From: Candidatus Saccharimonadales bacterium
Lineage (GTDB): Bacteria > Patescibacteriota > Saccharimonadia > Saccharimonadales > 2-12-FULL-41-12
NCBI GenBank assembly: GCA_025451045.1
Contig: JANWLD010000001.1
Coordinates: forward strand, 69,812 to 133,811
Reading direction: 5' to 3'
Length of the DNA stretch: 64,000 nt
Notes under the pieces: model-generated
What the model was told of the DNA's origin: nothing
Database searches by the model: none
What the model saw: only the letters and a program-made list of their open reading frames with translations
Translations under genes and position numbers: made by a program
Part shown: in pieces, positions 63,611 through 64,000 of the stretch
How the letters are laid out: every line of letters begins with the position of its first letter
Position numbering within the stretch: the first letter of the stretch is position 1

Positions 63611-64000
63611 ATGGATAAAATCTGGCGGCTGCCATATTTGGCAACGGTATTTTTACTGGTTTATATGCCTTTCCATCTTTTCCTGAGCCAGTGGCTCAGC
63701 ACTTACACCGGGTATTTGGATTTTTGGAAAATAGCCAAGGATTTACTACTGTTTGCCGCGATTTTGCTGACCGCAGGGTTGGTTTATATAAGAAACAACT
63801 TCAAAGACCGCTTGTTTTGGCTGTTTTTTGCTTTTTCAACCCTATATTTCCTGCTTCACTTGTTGATTTGGCAAATGAACCCGGATACGGCAGATAAACC
63901 GGCGATACTGGCTACAGCCTACAATTGTCGGCTGCTGGGATACGCGATTTTGGGCTGGGGGACTAGCATAGTTGCTAAAAAGTACTTTACGCTTAAGCAA
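63611..64000 (+). CDS. Polytopic membrane protein, 5' part (possibly O-antigen ligase-like; runs off window)
   Basis: Manual translation MDKIWRLPYLATVFLLVYMPFHLFLSQW... open to window end; divergent from GT4. Confidence 0.7.
   Translation, partial: MDKIWRLPYLATVFLLVYMPFHLFLSQWLSTYTGYLDFWKIAKDLLLFAAILLTAGLVYIRNNFKDRLFWLFFAFSTLYFLLHLLIWQMNPDTADKPAILATAYNCRLLGYAILGWGTSIVAKKYFTLKQ

Noticed and set aside
1..64000. Alternative genetic code (UGA=Gly, as in Gracilibacteria/Absconditabacteria)
   Set aside because: Conserved genes are full length under code 11 and some (murE, yidC) end at TGA at the expected position

Overview
Chromosomal segment spanning the replication origin (jag-yidC-rnpA-rpmH / dnaA-oriC-dnaN-recF). 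The organism is most likely a Patescibacteria (Saccharimonadia-like) bacterium, inferred from the VirB2-pilin array and monoderm-type T4SS cluster, the compact genes, the many leaderless-type promoters and TGA used as stop. The window holds housekeeping genes (groESL with CIRCE, murE, tsaD, valS, lepB), four tRNAs and partial biosynthetic pathways (argGH, argC, trpBA, aroB, folKP). It also has nine tandem T4SS-type pilin genes divergent from a VirB6/PrgI/VirB4/cell-wall-hydrolase operon. The most notable observations are: (1) a TrpR-TrpB fusion with a Trp-box-like operator just upstream of its start codon; (2) an Arg-codon leader peptide with terminator/antiterminator upstream of GNAT-argG-argH; (3) palindromic insertions at start codons that create translationally coupled uORFs, one being a 214-bp element with 35-bp terminal inverted repeats, a 4-bp duplication and a GIY-YIG fragment; (4) structured trailers ending in duplicated tRNA 3' ends behind all three tRNA-Ser genes; (5) a divergent FMN riboswitch ahead of an EamA transporter; (6) a VirB6-like gene split by an in-frame TAG-ATG. 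All calls come from reading the sequence by eye; no database searches or folding programs were run.
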